From: a virus
DNA: 64,000 bases
Virus record (IMG/VR): IMGVR_UViG_3300035670_013228
Span: 113,881 to 177,880 of that record
Direction: 5' to 3' (one strand)
Both the position numbers and the translations under genes were made by a program. Shown here piece after piece: positions 1-9,563 of this stretch. The notes under the pieces were generated by a model. It did not search any database, had not been told where the DNA came from, and was given only the letters and a program-made list of their open reading frames with translations. Positions within the stretch are counted from its first letter, which is position 1; each line of letters starts with the position of its first letter.

Positions 1-479
1 AAAGAGTTAATATGTTCGATTCCAATATTTTTCCAATCTGATACAATCTTGTCGGCAATAACAAGCTTGTCGGCAATAAAAGATCCTAAATGTCCACAGA
101 TACAGACTAGATCACCTCTAACGTATTCTTTTAATAAGGACAAATCTAATCTTGGTTTATGATAGTAAAAATTGGGTCTGTTAGATAAAGAAACAATTTC
201 TATTAAATTCTTCCATCCTCTGTAATTTTTGGCCAAAACCAGTAAATGGCTTAGTTTTTTATTTTCCTTAGTTTGAACAGAAGCATCGTCGGAAGCGATA
301 TATAGCTCACAGCCAATAATAGGCTTGATGCTATTCTTCTTCATTTCTGTATAAAACTTAATAGCTCCAGAAATATTTCCATGATCTGTTAGTGCGCATG
401 ATTTTGCATTAATTTCCAAACATCTATCGGCGATTTGATGAGGTTGAGAAAGTCCATCCAATAGTGAGTAATGAGTCAC
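1..479 (-). CDS. dnaE: DNA polymerase III alpha (DnaE-type), PHP domain; main body, runs off the left window edge
   Basis: Manual translation from GTG at 479 gives (V/M)THYSLLDGLSQPHQIADRC...ALTDHGNISGA...KPIIGCELY...HLLVLAKNYRGWKNL...YHKPRLD, with no stop down to base 1. These are classic DnaE PHP motifs. Not in the supplied ORF track. Confidence 0.9.
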   Translation of the reverse strand, partial: MTHYSLLDGLSQPHQIADRCLEINAKSCALTDHGNISGAIKFYTEMKKNSIKPIIGCELYIASDDASVQTKENKKLSHLLVLAKNYRGWKNLIEIVSLSNRPNFYYHKPRLDLSLLKEYVRGDLVCICGHLGSFIADKLVIADKIVSDWKNIGIEHINS

Positions 480-523
480 TAGGAATGGACATGAAGAGGA
501 ACATACGTTCTTCTCATATCCAT
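479..523 (-). CDS. 14-aa N-terminal segment of DnaE (MDMRRTYVPLHVHS), out of frame with the body
   Basis: ATG at 523 follows an AG-rich RBS (GAAAGGA). It encodes the LHVHS start of the PHP HxH motif, then TAG at 481-479. Confidence 0.75.
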   Translation of the reverse strand: MDMRRTYVPLHVHS

Positions 524-575
524 TATATTTTTATCCTTTCCTTTTCTAAAGATCTGTCAACTATTTATAACAAAA

Positions 576-1622
576 CTATTCGGCACTACCCGGAGCTTTG
601 TACTGTCCTACATTATACCCCGGAGCTTGGTATTCGTCAACCACCACATCTATGCCCTTAACCGATATGTCGTGATGAACTTGTTCGCACATTGTCATAT
701 GTTCACCAAGTGGTGTAATCTGATTTTCTCTATATTCTATTATGGGAAGATGATTGGTATTATTAAATGTATTTTTGCCAAAATGACATAATTTTGTACA
801 TTTCCAGCTTTTGTTTAGTTCTGGATTAGTAGTATTTTTTATGGTTTCAAATTTATTCTTTAACATATTTTCAATTTTAGATATATGAGACTTGTCAAAA
901 CAGATCGAAAACATACCACCATCATTAATAAAATATATAGACACTATAACATATTTAGCATCTGGGTATAATTTATGTACAGCATAGTAGTAGAGCATTA
1001 GTTGTGGATCTTCATGTAGTTTTGCCAAGGTTTTTTCCTGACCGGTTGCCCAATCTAATCTCTTGCCGGTTTTATAGTCTATAATTTCTAGTGTATCGTC
1101 ATTGACGCGCGCTATTAGATCCATAGTTCCTTTAATAGCTAAGTACCCATTAATTTGTCCCGTTTTAGTTTGATAATTATATTTAGCCCATTCTTTTTTT
1201 ATTTCTATATCAAAATGCTGTTCTGGTTGTACAATATTTTTATTCCTAGGATCAAATATGCCATCAGAATAATTAAGGGCTTTAAAAATCCATTTTTTGC
1301 ATTCATTATAGTCGGCTGCCGACCACTCATGATGATTAAATTTTGATATGTAATAATCGTATACTTTTTCTATAATTAGATTAATATCATAATTATTAAT
1401 ATCTATTATACCCAATATTTCTGTATCATTATAGTACTGTTGATTATTTTGATCACACAATTTTATATGTGCAAGAATTTCGAAAACTTTGTGACATATA
1501 GTACCTTTATCTGCTTTTTTGTTGGATTTAGATTTTATCCCAAGAACATATTCGAACATATATTGCATAGGACACATGGAGTGTGTTCCGTAACTGGAAC
1601 TTCTTAGATATGTGATAATCAT
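576..1622 (-). CDS. PD-(D/E)XK (Cas4/RecB-like) exonuclease
   Basis: KGTMDLI...IIDYKTG motif and QLMLYYYA, plus an N-terminal Cys and C-terminal CTKLC...C resembling a Cas4-like Fe-S staple. Confidence 0.85.
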   Translation of the reverse strand: MIITYLRSSSYGTHSMCPMQYMFEYVLGIKSKSNKKADKGTICHKVFEILAHIKLCDQNNQQYYNDTEILGIIDINNYDINLIIEKVYDYYISKFNHHEWSAADYNECKKWIFKALNYSDGIFDPRNKNIVQPEQHFDIEIKKEWAKYNYQTKTGQINGYLAIKGTMDLIARVNDDTLEIIDYKTGKRLDWATGQEKTLAKLHEDPQLMLYYYAVHKLYPDAKYVIVSIYFINDGGMFSICFDKSHISKIENMLKNKFETIKNTTNPELNKSWKCTKLCHFGKNTFNNTNHLPIIEYRENQITPLGEHMTMCEQVHHDISVKGIDVVVDEYQAPGYNVGQYKAPGSAE

Positions 1623-2212
1623 ATAGTTTCTTTTGGTAGAATATTTTTCTGAATAATAATTTTTTTTATGGTCTCAAATTGTTCTCTTACGGTCATATGA
1701 GCATTATTAATGATAAAATCAAATTTATTCCAATTATAATTTATTGCATCTAATATTGTTTCACTACTGTGATCAGAGTTGTGTGGATTTCTATTCAGAC
1801 GTATAATAATACCGTTTTGATTTTTAATAGCTTCTATTTCATTTGGAAATCTACAATCAGATACTATGACAACCTCATGTTTATTTTTCTTTATTTTATT
1901 CATCAAAGCATTAACCCAAACATTATTATTTAATTTTCTAAATAAATCAGTGCCTATTAATTGCATCAGATCTCTAGCGGTCAATTGTTTATTATCCCAA
2001 TAGGCATCAACTAGTTCATTTTTATTATGATCTTCACCATAACATTGAACATAGGATAATCCAAACATATTCATACAGATGTCTTCTTTCAATGGGTCTG
2101 CAAAATTATATATTGCAACATCTGAGTATCCATTGGCCAATAATAATCCTTTTAAAAAATCTGAACAAATAGTTTTGCCGGATTGTTTACGTCCAGATAG
2201 TCCTATGATCAT
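1619..2212 (-). CDS. deoxynucleoside monophosphate kinase
   Basis: P-loop GRKQSGKT, FADPLKE, RDLMQLIGTD and SDCRFPNE, typical of T4 gp1-like dNMP kinases. Confidence 0.9.
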   Translation of the reverse strand: MIIGLSGRKQSGKTICSDFLKGLLLANGYSDVAIYNFADPLKEDICMNMFGLSYVQCYGEDHNKNELVDAYWDNKQLTARDLMQLIGTDLFRKLNNNVWVNALMNKIKKNKHEVVIVSDCRFPNEIEAIKNQNGIIIRLNRNPHNSDHSSETILDAINYNWNKFDFIINNAHMTVREQFETIKKIIIQKNILPKETI

Positions 2213-3369
2213 AGTACAATATTCCTAATAAAAGTTTTGATTTGCTGTTCTATCTCAACAGAAGTCATCTCTGCAACGTCACCTTTTGAAATTTCTGGAC
2301 AATATACCTTATAAGTATTTTCGCATTTTTCTTTGATCTGTGACGATGCTTTTTTACCGGCTTCATCGTTGTCCATTAGAAGTATTATAGTCATAGCTCC
2401 GGTTGAATCCAGAATCATTTTTTGCTTATCACTGAGCGAACAACCAAAAATGCCAACGCTGTTATGGATATTATTTTCTTCTAATTTCCATACATTACCA
2501 GGACTCTCTACGAGAATCACAATACCGGTTTCCTGAATATGTTTTTTAGCAAACCATATATTGTATAGAGAGTTTTGACTTTTAAAGTTTAGGCTGTGTT
2601 TCCATTTTGGATATAAATATAGCTTGTCCTCAGATGGACAATTATCTAGCTGGTTATGAAAACACGAACATTTTTGACATTTTTCGAAAATACTTCTTCC
2701 GGAACAACCTATAACGTACTCATGATCTAAATCATAAATAGGAACTACCGTTCTATTATACATTTCTCTGTTTGGGTTAGAGCATAAACCAACATCATAT
2801 TTATCTAGTATAGCTCTGCTGAATCCTCTGTTAAGATAATATTCAGATGGAATATTAAGTAAAGATCGAGCTTTATCTCTATTGATTGTTTTTTCTGTAT
2901 TGGATATGTGATTTTGTATAGCTATTTGACTAACAGCATTTGTAAAAGTATTTTTATTTTTAGATACTTTACATATTTTGATATTACTTAAGTCTTTATT
3001 TAGAAATTTTGATACAAATTGTATAGTATCTTCAAAAGATACCATTTTATCACCATCTTTTGACCAATTATATTTTTGATAGGATAATAATCCTCTGGTA
3101 AATCCTAGAATAGATCCTTTAAACGTTTTTTCACACTGATGTGTTCGACACTTCCAATTTCCTCTATAAGAATCGCCTTCTATATATAGATTTAATGCAC
3201 TACTATTGTCTCCTTGATGTATTGGACACGCCATTGATACCATTTTACCGGCATGTTTATACTTTATATCAAAATAAGATAATAGGTCATCTATATTATC
3301 ACATAATAAGTCACATAATATTTTATATTTATCTTGATCATTGGAACGGGATTTCTTCATCATTTGCAT
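2209..3369 (-). CDS. dnaG: DNA primase (Zn-binding domain plus TOPRIM)
   Basis: N-terminal CPIH...CRTHQC zinc finger; TOPRIM motifs VESPGNV and MDNDEAG; adjacent to DnaB. Confidence 0.85.
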   Translation of the reverse strand: MQMMKKSRSNDQDKYKILCDLLCDNIDDLLSYFDIKYKHAGKMVSMACPIHQGDNSSALNLYIEGDSYRGNWKCRTHQCEKTFKGSILGFTRGLLSYQKYNWSKDGDKMVSFEDTIQFVSKFLNKDLSNIKICKVSKNKNTFTNAVSQIAIQNHISNTEKTINRDKARSLLNIPSEYYLNRGFSRAILDKYDVGLCSNPNREMYNRTVVPIYDLDHEYVIGCSGRSIFEKCQKCSCFHNQLDNCPSEDKLYLYPKWKHSLNFKSQNSLYNIWFAKKHIQETGIVILVESPGNVWKLEENNIHNSVGIFGCSLSDKQKMILDSTGAMTIILLMDNDEAGKKASSQIKEKCENTYKVYCPEISKGDVAEMTSVEIEQQIKTFIRNIVL

Positions 3370-4801
3370 GAATATCCTCCATTATAAATCCATCACTATT
3401 ATTTTTTGTATTTGTTACTAGCTCTAATCTGGTTTTACCTTCTGTAATTTTAGCGCACCAGCCTTTCATATGACAATTGATATAGTCATTATCGTCTAGT
3501 CCTCCACCATGACGACTAATAAGCGGCACAAGTTTTCTATTACCATTTTCTGGACCGTCCTCAGATATCTCTTCTGGAGTTTTTCTTTTAAAGATGCTGA
3601 AATTACTACACAGCCATATAATTCTATCTGAACCACTGGCTGTGTCGGTGCTCTCTTTTGTTATGCCGTCCCTATTTAATTGTATAAATGCCACTATTGG
3701 AATTTTATATTTGGTAGCAAAATTATGTAGCGATGTCATCATAAAACCCAATACTTGGTATTCTTTCATATCCTGAGATATCCCAGCAGAGTCCATTAGT
3801 TTCAGATAATCATAAAAAATTACACAATCTTTAGCTGTTCCGTCATCATTTAAGCCAACATCTTTAATAAGCCATCGTCTCATAATCGAAAGTTGATCTT
3901 CGAATGGCTTACCGGCTATCGATTTATAAAATAATTTTGTTTCTTTTAGATCTTCTACAGCTGCTTTTATTTTTGATAGTTTGTTTGGTGTATCAGAAAA
4001 CTTGCCGGTTTCGATATGATTAATTTCTATTTCTGTCATCATAGCCAAAACTCTGTTCAAATGATCTTCTTTGGACATTTCGGTGTCCATATTTAGTACA
4101 GGAATTTTAAGCTTATTTGCTATGTAAAATCCCATATTATCGGACAAAAGAGTTTTACCAACTTTTGGTCTGGCTGCTATAACATTGATAGTGCCTTTCC
4201 TAAGACCTCCGCCTATAGCCTGATCATAAACAGGAAATCCTGTTGGTATACCGACTTGATCTATTTTGTTCTCTAGTAAGTTATTTATATAATCATCAAG
4301 ATTTGAGCCAATACGTTCCGCATTATTATCAACATCATTTAGAAGATTAGAGAAATCAAAAATACTATCCTCAGCTATACCTAATATAGAACCTATGCTT
4401 TCGTTGCCAGTAACGTCTAATATTTTGTCTTGTGCTTGTTCTAACTGTTGTCTTAATAGTCTAGCTATTTCTAGCTTACGAATTTTTGAAGCAAATTTTC
4501 TAATATTAGAAATATTAACAGGAAAATCTAGTATGGCTTTAAGATGTTGTATTTCCTCTTTTTTCGATAGAATATGAGATAATCCAAGTTCCTCTGCTAC
4601 AGAAAATATCGACGCTACATCGATAGATATTTTTATATCTCTATCCAATAATGTTTTAAGACATTTAAATATAAACTTATTACTATCTACTGTAAAAGAA
4701 GATTCCTGAATAATATCAGAAATATCTAGATACGCATCTTCAGTATATTTACATATTCCTGCCAAAACAGCTCTTTCGGCAGAAGTATCGCATAGGATCA
4801 T
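3338..4801 (-). CDS. dnaB: replicative DNA helicase
   Basis: AERAVLAG N-terminus, TGFPVYD, Walker A AARPKVGKT, DYLKLM and QLNR. Start reassigned to ATG 4801. Confidence 0.95.
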   Translation of the reverse strand: MILCDTSAERAVLAGICKYTEDAYLDISDIIQESSFTVDSNKFIFKCLKTLLDRDIKISIDVASIFSVAEELGLSHILSKKEEIQHLKAILDFPVNISNIRKFASKIRKLEIARLLRQQLEQAQDKILDVTGNESIGSILGIAEDSIFDFSNLLNDVDNNAERIGSNLDDYINNLLENKIDQVGIPTGFPVYDQAIGGGLRKGTINVIAARPKVGKTLLSDNMGFYIANKLKIPVLNMDTEMSKEDHLNRVLAMMTEIEINHIETGKFSDTPNKLSKIKAAVEDLKETKLFYKSIAGKPFEDQLSIMRRWLIKDVGLNDDGTAKDCVIFYDYLKLMDSAGISQDMKEYQVLGFMMTSLHNFATKYKIPIVAFIQLNRDGITKESTDTASGSDRIIWLCSNFSIFKRKTPEEISEDGPENGNRKLVPLISRHGGGLDDNDYINCHMKGWCAKITEGKTRLELVTNTKNNSDGFIMEDIHANDEEIPFQ

Positions 4802-4802
4802 A

Positions 4803-5183
4803 TCAGCCTGCTCCCTGTGAACATTTATTGCACTTATATCTCTCAACATTATCATGTATCAATGTTGGACTTATGCTTTCTTTTTTACCACAAATTCTAC
4901 ACACAACAGATATTGGCTGAAATTTTCTAACCCTTGGTGTGGGAGCATATTTAGCTAATTTTTTATCAATTTCTACATCGTCTTTATGTAAATTAGCTTC
5001 TGTCATACTATCAAACTTATTAATAGACGATACTCTTGGTTTTTTATCACGAGTTTTTATAGAATAATTTGACTCTGCGATTTTGGGTTCATCATCAGTT
5101 ATACCGCTTGGCACGTCCTTTGTCAACATGCTTTGCAACAAAGAGATCATTTCTTTAATTTGTTCTTGTGATAGATTATCCAT
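4803..5183 (-). CDS. hypothetical protein with C-terminal Zn ribbon
   Basis: CRIC...CNKC near the C-terminus; coupled to its neighbours. Confidence 0.6.
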   Translation of the reverse strand: MDNLSQEQIKEMISLLQSMLTKDVPSGITDDEPKIAESNYSIKTRDKKPRVSSINKFDSMTEANLHKDDVEIDKKLAKYAPTPRVRKFQPISVVCRICGKKESISPTLIHDNVERYKCNKCSQGAG

Positions 5184-5670
5184 GTTTTGACGCCTTAGTT
5201 TTTTGAATAGAAATAAGTATATCCGATAGATTTTTAATAGATGTTGCTATATATGTTAGTCTGTCTGATCTTTGTTTAGCATATTTTTTAATTTTATTTA
5301 ATGCCGATGCCCTATCATTATGCTTGATAGCTTGTGCGGATTTTTCTATATATCCGTAGCCCTTATATGAATTAATATCATCTGCTATAATATCTTTAAT
5401 TGTTTCTTCGGACCAATTATATCTAGCTATTTCTCTATTTAATGTTCTTTGTATATGAAAAGAAAACTGTCCTAATCTATAACTGATTTCACCGCATTGT
5501 TCCGGAGTAAGTTTTTCTAGGACATCTCTATTCATTGTTAAGTATGATTGTAACTCTTGTTCAGGTAAAGCATTCGATAAATACGCTGGTAATCCAATAT
5601 TATTTTCATATTCATCTAAAATAGAATCCCAATGTTCTATTTCTTCTTTTGCTGTTCTACTAGTATTCAT
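5176..5670 (-). CDS. helical protein, possible UvsY-like recombination mediator
   Basis: All-helical, about 160 aa, two genes downstream of RecA. The function is inferred. Confidence 0.35.
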   Translation of the reverse strand: MNTSRTAKEEIEHWDSILDEYENNIGLPAYLSNALPEQELQSYLTMNRDVLEKLTPEQCGEISYRLGQFSFHIQRTLNREIARYNWSEETIKDIIADDINSYKGYGYIEKSAQAIKHNDRASALNKIKKYAKQRSDRLTYIATSIKNLSDILISIQKTKASKHG

Positions 5671-6070
5671 TTAGTATTCTCTTTTTCCATTCTGGTAATG
5701 ATTCATTATATGGTAACTCTATATATTCTATTTTATTAATACCGCACCATTCTTGCTTATCTTTATCTCTTTTTTTATGTCTTAAAAATCCCATCTTGTC
5801 TTTATGATAAAATCTAGAGAATGCATAATGTTGTTCTCCGTGAACCTCTATACATTTTTTATTTAATGGCAGATAAAAATCTAAGAATAAAATTTCTGTT
5901 TTTCTGATATGAACAGGTATTTCTTCTAATACTTGTAGTGTTGGAAAACAATCTCTAATTAACTGTCTTGCTAGTAAATGATAAGAAGATTTTTGTTCAT
6001 CGTAGCTATTAGAAATACCTCCAATTAATTTCCAGTGATATATATTTCCGTCTAGGTCTTTGACTTGCAT
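5660..6070 (-). CDS. DUF559/Vsr-like PD-(D/E)XK endonuclease
   Basis: LDFYLP...IEVHGEQHY...RDKDKQEWC pattern. Confidence 0.75.
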   Translation of the reverse strand: MQVKDLDGNIYHWKLIGGISNSYDEQKSSYHLLARQLIRDCFPTLQVLEEIPVHIRKTEILFLDFYLPLNKKCIEVHGEQHYAFSRFYHKDKMGFLRHKKRDKDKQEWCGINKIEYIELPYNESLPEWKKRILNEY

Positions 6071-7077
6071 GGTGTACCAATAGTCTCATTTAGTTTTTCG
6101 TATAGTTCGTTATAAACCGTTTCATTCTCTGCTATATATTGTCTAAGTTTTTCTGTTCCTTGATATTTTTGCTTATCTCCTAAGCAACTAATTGTATACC
6201 ATGCTCCGCTTTTATTAATTAGTCCAAAATCTATACACAAAGTTGCCAGCTCCATTGGTTTATCTATACCCTCTCCATACCTTATGAAACTTTTAATAGA
6301 GCCGCCAGGAGGGCCTAAAGCAGAGCATATGGTTTGCCAATCTACTTCCTGACCTATTTGAGGACCATCGGCACCGCTCAACCATGGCTTGAACATCTTA
6401 GCTTTAATTTTGATATCTGTTTGATATGCTATAGCTTGACCACTTTTTTCTTTCCACTCAACATTACCGTATCCAGGATTACCCATTAAATGAGTAATGC
6501 CTATAACTATGTTTTTATTCACAGGTATTACATTCGCTACTTTACGACAAAATTTTGCTAGTAATTTTGCACCGTCTGCTCTTTGCATTTTATCCATTTC
6601 GCTAGTTATCTCAGCTTCTGTGCATAAAGCAGAATAGGAGTCGATTATCATAACAGATCCTGGTTCTTCATTAATAATTCTTTCTGCTATTTGAAGATAC
6701 TCTTCTGCATGTAATATTTTACCCTGTTGACTACCTATAATATTTAGTCTATTACAATCTAAATTTTTTATTCCTTCCAAGTCTCTTTTCTTGATTCTAC
6801 CTTCTATGTTTAGATAGAACACTTCCCTAGGATTTTTTAAGGTTCCTTGATATTCTTCTTTCTGAGCAGTAGCCGCAAAGTCTAATGATGTTACTGTTTT
6901 TCCACACTTAGGATGTCCAGTCAATATAACAAAACTACCTTCTGGTATTCCACCATTTAGTATAATATCTAGAGCAGGACTAACCGGTATGGTGACCAAT
7001 TCTCTGTCTATGATTGAATTAGCAGATAATAGTATATCTGAGCCGAAATCCTTTTTAACATCTTCTTTAATGCTCAT
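6052..7077 (-). CDS. recA: RecA/UvsX-like recombinase
   Basis: GGIPEG, Walker A GHPKCGKT, Walker B IIDSYSAL, and C-terminal GLINKSGAWY. Confidence 0.92.
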   Translation of the reverse strand: MSIKEDVKKDFGSDILLSANSIIDRELVTIPVSPALDIILNGGIPEGSFVILTGHPKCGKTVTSLDFAATAQKEEYQGTLKNPREVFYLNIEGRIKKRDLEGIKNLDCNRLNIIGSQQGKILHAEEYLQIAERIINEEPGSVMIIDSYSALCTEAEITSEMDKMQRADGAKLLAKFCRKVANVIPVNKNIVIGITHLMGNPGYGNVEWKEKSGQAIAYQTDIKIKAKMFKPWLSGADGPQIGQEVDWQTICSALGPPGGSIKSFIRYGEGIDKPMELATLCIDFGLINKSGAWYTISCLGDKQKYQGTEKLRQYIAENETVYNELYEKLNETIGTPCKSKT

Positions 7078-7499
7078 TCGTCTAGGTCCTTAATTCTGGA
7101 AATAATATTTTTATTTGATTGTATATTTTTGATACCAAAAATTATATCTTCTTTTCTATCAACATGCTTAGTCATGGTCTGATTTTGTTGATCTAGTTTT
7201 GCTTGTTCCTTTACTATCATATCTGGTAGATGCGGCGCTCGCAAAGAATAAATTTTTTGTCCGTCTCTACTCAAAAGAGCAGCTATGATAGCTTTATCTG
7301 AATATTGTTTAAGTAGTTTATTAGCAGAACCTATTTGGTTTCTAAAAAACTTGCTCCATTCTTTACTAATCCAAAACCTATAATGTAGGTCTTGCTTATC
7401 TTTTACTGCTTTTCTTTCACATATTATTTCTGTAATGTATTGTGCAGCAGAGACTAGCTTATCGTTGGAGTATTTAGATATGTACTTCTTTGATACCAT
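7074..7499 (-). CDS. hypothetical protein
   Basis: 141-aa ORF coupled to recA. Confidence 0.6.
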   Translation of the reverse strand: MVSKKYISKYSNDKLVSAAQYITEIICERKAVKDKQDLHYRFWISKEWSKFFRNQIGSANKLLKQYSDKAIIAALLSRDGQKIYSLRAPHLPDMIVKEQAKLDQQNQTMTKHVDRKEDIIFGIKNIQSNKNIISRIKDLDE

Positions 7500-7902
7500 C
7501 TTTTTTATGTATTTTCTTTGCGCAATCTAATAGGCTACTATCAAATTTATCGATGAATCCAGATATTTGACATAGATAATCGACACCGGAGGGTACTGGT
7601 ATATGATAAAAGCTTTCGAGTATTTGAGATATCTCTGTAAATTGTCCCATATCATTTACTGCCGACATTTCCATCCTTAGCTCCACATAGATTTCTCTTG
7701 GATAAGTACTAATATGTCTTGGATGTATAGGATCGTCAACAAGAATATTGGGATCATGGAGAAGTCCAGATAGATCTATATTAGGATCTAGTGGTTTGTT
7801 TTTAAGATTATCTTTTAGCTTATCTTTGATTTGTTCTCTAACTTTCTCAAAAACCTTTTGTTCTTCCGGAGACAAATCTAGTTTTATATTTTTATGATCC
7901 AT
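7474..7902 (-). CDS. hypothetical protein
   Basis: 142-aa ORF in operon context. Confidence 0.55.
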   Translation of the reverse strand: MDHKNIKLDLSPEEQKVFEKVREQIKDKLKDNLKNKPLDPNIDLSGLLHDPNILVDDPIHPRHISTYPREIYVELRMEMSAVNDMGQFTEISQILESFYHIPVPSGVDYLCQISGFIDKFDSSLLDCAKKIHKKDGIKEVHI

Positions 7903-8227
7903 GTGGCCTATATATATGGGTAGAGGGTTTGATACTATTATTCGAATAGTTTAGTTTTTTATTTTCATCATTCATCTCTGAAGCAGCTTTTGTCATAATA
8001 GCTACATTTCTAGTACCAGACTGACTATTTCTGATCATAAGATCCTTTGATGTAATTTTGTTTTCTTTAACAGGGGCTTCTGTAGTTGACTTTGTGGTTG
8101 TATTCTTAATTACGCTAATTATTTGCTTAGAGTCTAATTTAAGTTCTTTTTGTATATCTTCTATGGTTAGATTCTGCGACTGTAACCATAATATAGCATA
8201 TTTTTGCGTTTTAGTAATCCTTGCCAT
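7892..8227 (-). CDS. hypothetical protein with N-terminal HTH-like segment
   Basis: TQKYAILWLQSQNLTIEDIQKELKLDSKQI resembles a helix-turn-helix. Confidence 0.5.
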   Translation of the reverse strand: MARITKTQKYAILWLQSQNLTIEDIQKELKLDSKQIISVIKNTTTKSTTEAPVKENKITSKDLMIRNSQSGTRNVAIMTKAASEMNDENKKLNYSNNSIKPSTHIYRPHGS

Positions 8228-8629
8228 TCAATCAACCTCTCTTTCTGCATTATGATAATAAGCTATATTTTTTGAAGTTAAAAATTGTATATAAAAATTA
8301 AAAGCTTTTTCATTGACTGTCTTAAATTTAGTAGATGATTTGCATACACTATCTAAAAAAGTATTAGTTTTTTCTTCTCCGTATATAGAGATAGGATTAT
8401 ATAGTTTACCATTATTGGCAAGTTTGATCATATACTTATATGATCCATCAATTTTTCTATATTTTTTGGCATATACCAGATTATCATCCTGGTTCCTTAA
8501 TGGAATATTATCGAGATATGCTTCTTGAGACCCATCAAGGGTATAAAAAAGGGTTTGATGAGCCCCGGCAGTGTTTTGTTTATCAAAAATACTATTGTTT
8601 GATCGAAAAAAATCCATAATTATGTCCAT
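8228..8629 (-). CDS. hypothetical protein
   Basis: 133-aa ORF in operon context. Confidence 0.55.
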   Translation of the reverse strand: MDIIMDFFRSNNSIFDKQNTAGAHQTLFYTLDGSQEAYLDNIPLRNQDDNLVYAKKYRKIDGSYKYMIKLANNGKLYNPISIYGEEKTNTFLDSVCKSSTKFKTVNEKAFNFYIQFLTSKNIAYYHNAEREVD

Positions 8630-8964
8630 TTCGGTTTTGGAGGTTTTTTTACTCTAGACATACCTTTAGGTAATGGTTTATCACTTACCGTTTGTTTATA
8701 TTCATTATGTTTATGAGCTAGATATTGTTTATGATCATCGGTCAGTCTATCTCTATTACGATTTGCTAAGTCTCCAACAGTGCGTAATTCCGAGTCATGT
8801 TTTTTAATTGACGAGGATACAGAACATATGTCGTCGTGATAGCTTCGTTCTGTTTTTGACGAATCACAAAATACGCATAATGGGCAATCGGTATAATCGG
8901 ATATATGAAAAAATAATTCAAATTTTTTACTACATTTATTACAATAATATGTATATGTGGGCAT
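8620..8964 (-). CDS. FmdB-family zinc-ribbon protein
   Basis: MPTYTYYCNKCSKKFE...CVFCDS. Confidence 0.8.
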   Translation of the reverse strand: MPTYTYYCNKCSKKFELFFHISDYTDCPLCVFCDSSKTERSYHDDICSVSSSIKKHDSELRTVGDLANRNRDRLTDDHKQYLAHKHNEYKQTVSDKPLPKGMSRVKKPPKPKWT

Positions 8965-9563
8965 TATGGTTTCAGTAAATCAAGATAAGAATCAATATAT
9001 TTCTTCCATTCCTCATAGTCTGTACTACTGTATATAGTAGTTAACTCCTTTGCTAGAGGCAAGTATCTTAATTCATAAAAAGGTTTTGTAGGCGCGGTAA
9101 GTATCTGCATATTAGCTTGTTCGGGTGTTTTATTAGATTTTTTACGATTGCAATTAATGCAAGCAGTAGTTATATTAGACCAATTTGTAGCAGAACTTTT
9201 ATTAGAATAGAACTTACTTTTTGGCACAACATGATCATATGTTAATTCATTATATGAAAATTTTTTTCCACAATACTGACAAGTATAATTATCTCTAATA
9301 AATAGATTTTTTCTAGAAAATTTTAGAGATCGACTATATATATCAAAGTATTTTGATGTTTTTGCCACCATTGGTACAGAGAATGTTCTTCCATTTGTTC
9401 CTTGTATATATTTATCTTTATAGTACTCTATGATTTCGATTTTAAAAGTAGGATTATTTTCGTACTTAATAGACCATACTATAGCTTTTTGCCATCCAAT
9501 AATTCTCAATGGCGAATAGTCTGCATTAAGTAGTAAACATTTACTATTTTCTGCTTTCTTCAT
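8964..9563 (-). CDS. HNH endonuclease
   Basis: RDNYTCQYCG, TYDHVVPKS and TACINCNRKK. Confidence 0.9.
   Translation of the reverse strand: MKKAENSKCLLLNADYSPLRIIGWQKAIVWSIKYENNPTFKIEIIEYYKDKYIQGTNGRTFSVPMVAKTSKYFDIYSRSLKFSRKNLFIRDNYTCQYCGKKFSYNELTYDHVVPKSKFYSNKSSATNWSNITTACINCNRKKSNKTPEQANMQILTAPTKPFYELRYLPLAKELTTIYSSTDYEEWKKYIDSYLDLLKP

Noticed and set aside
476-481. Stop-codon reassignment (TAG/TGA readthrough) as the explanation of the dnaE break
   Set aside because: The break is also a frameshift, other genes end normally in TAG (e.g. 18297) or TGA, and long ORFs are intact under the standard code.
562-569. TATAAATA (T4 late-promoter consensus) upstream of dnaE
   Set aside because: A single occurrence in very AT-rich DNA, with no gp55-like sigma seen; likely chance.
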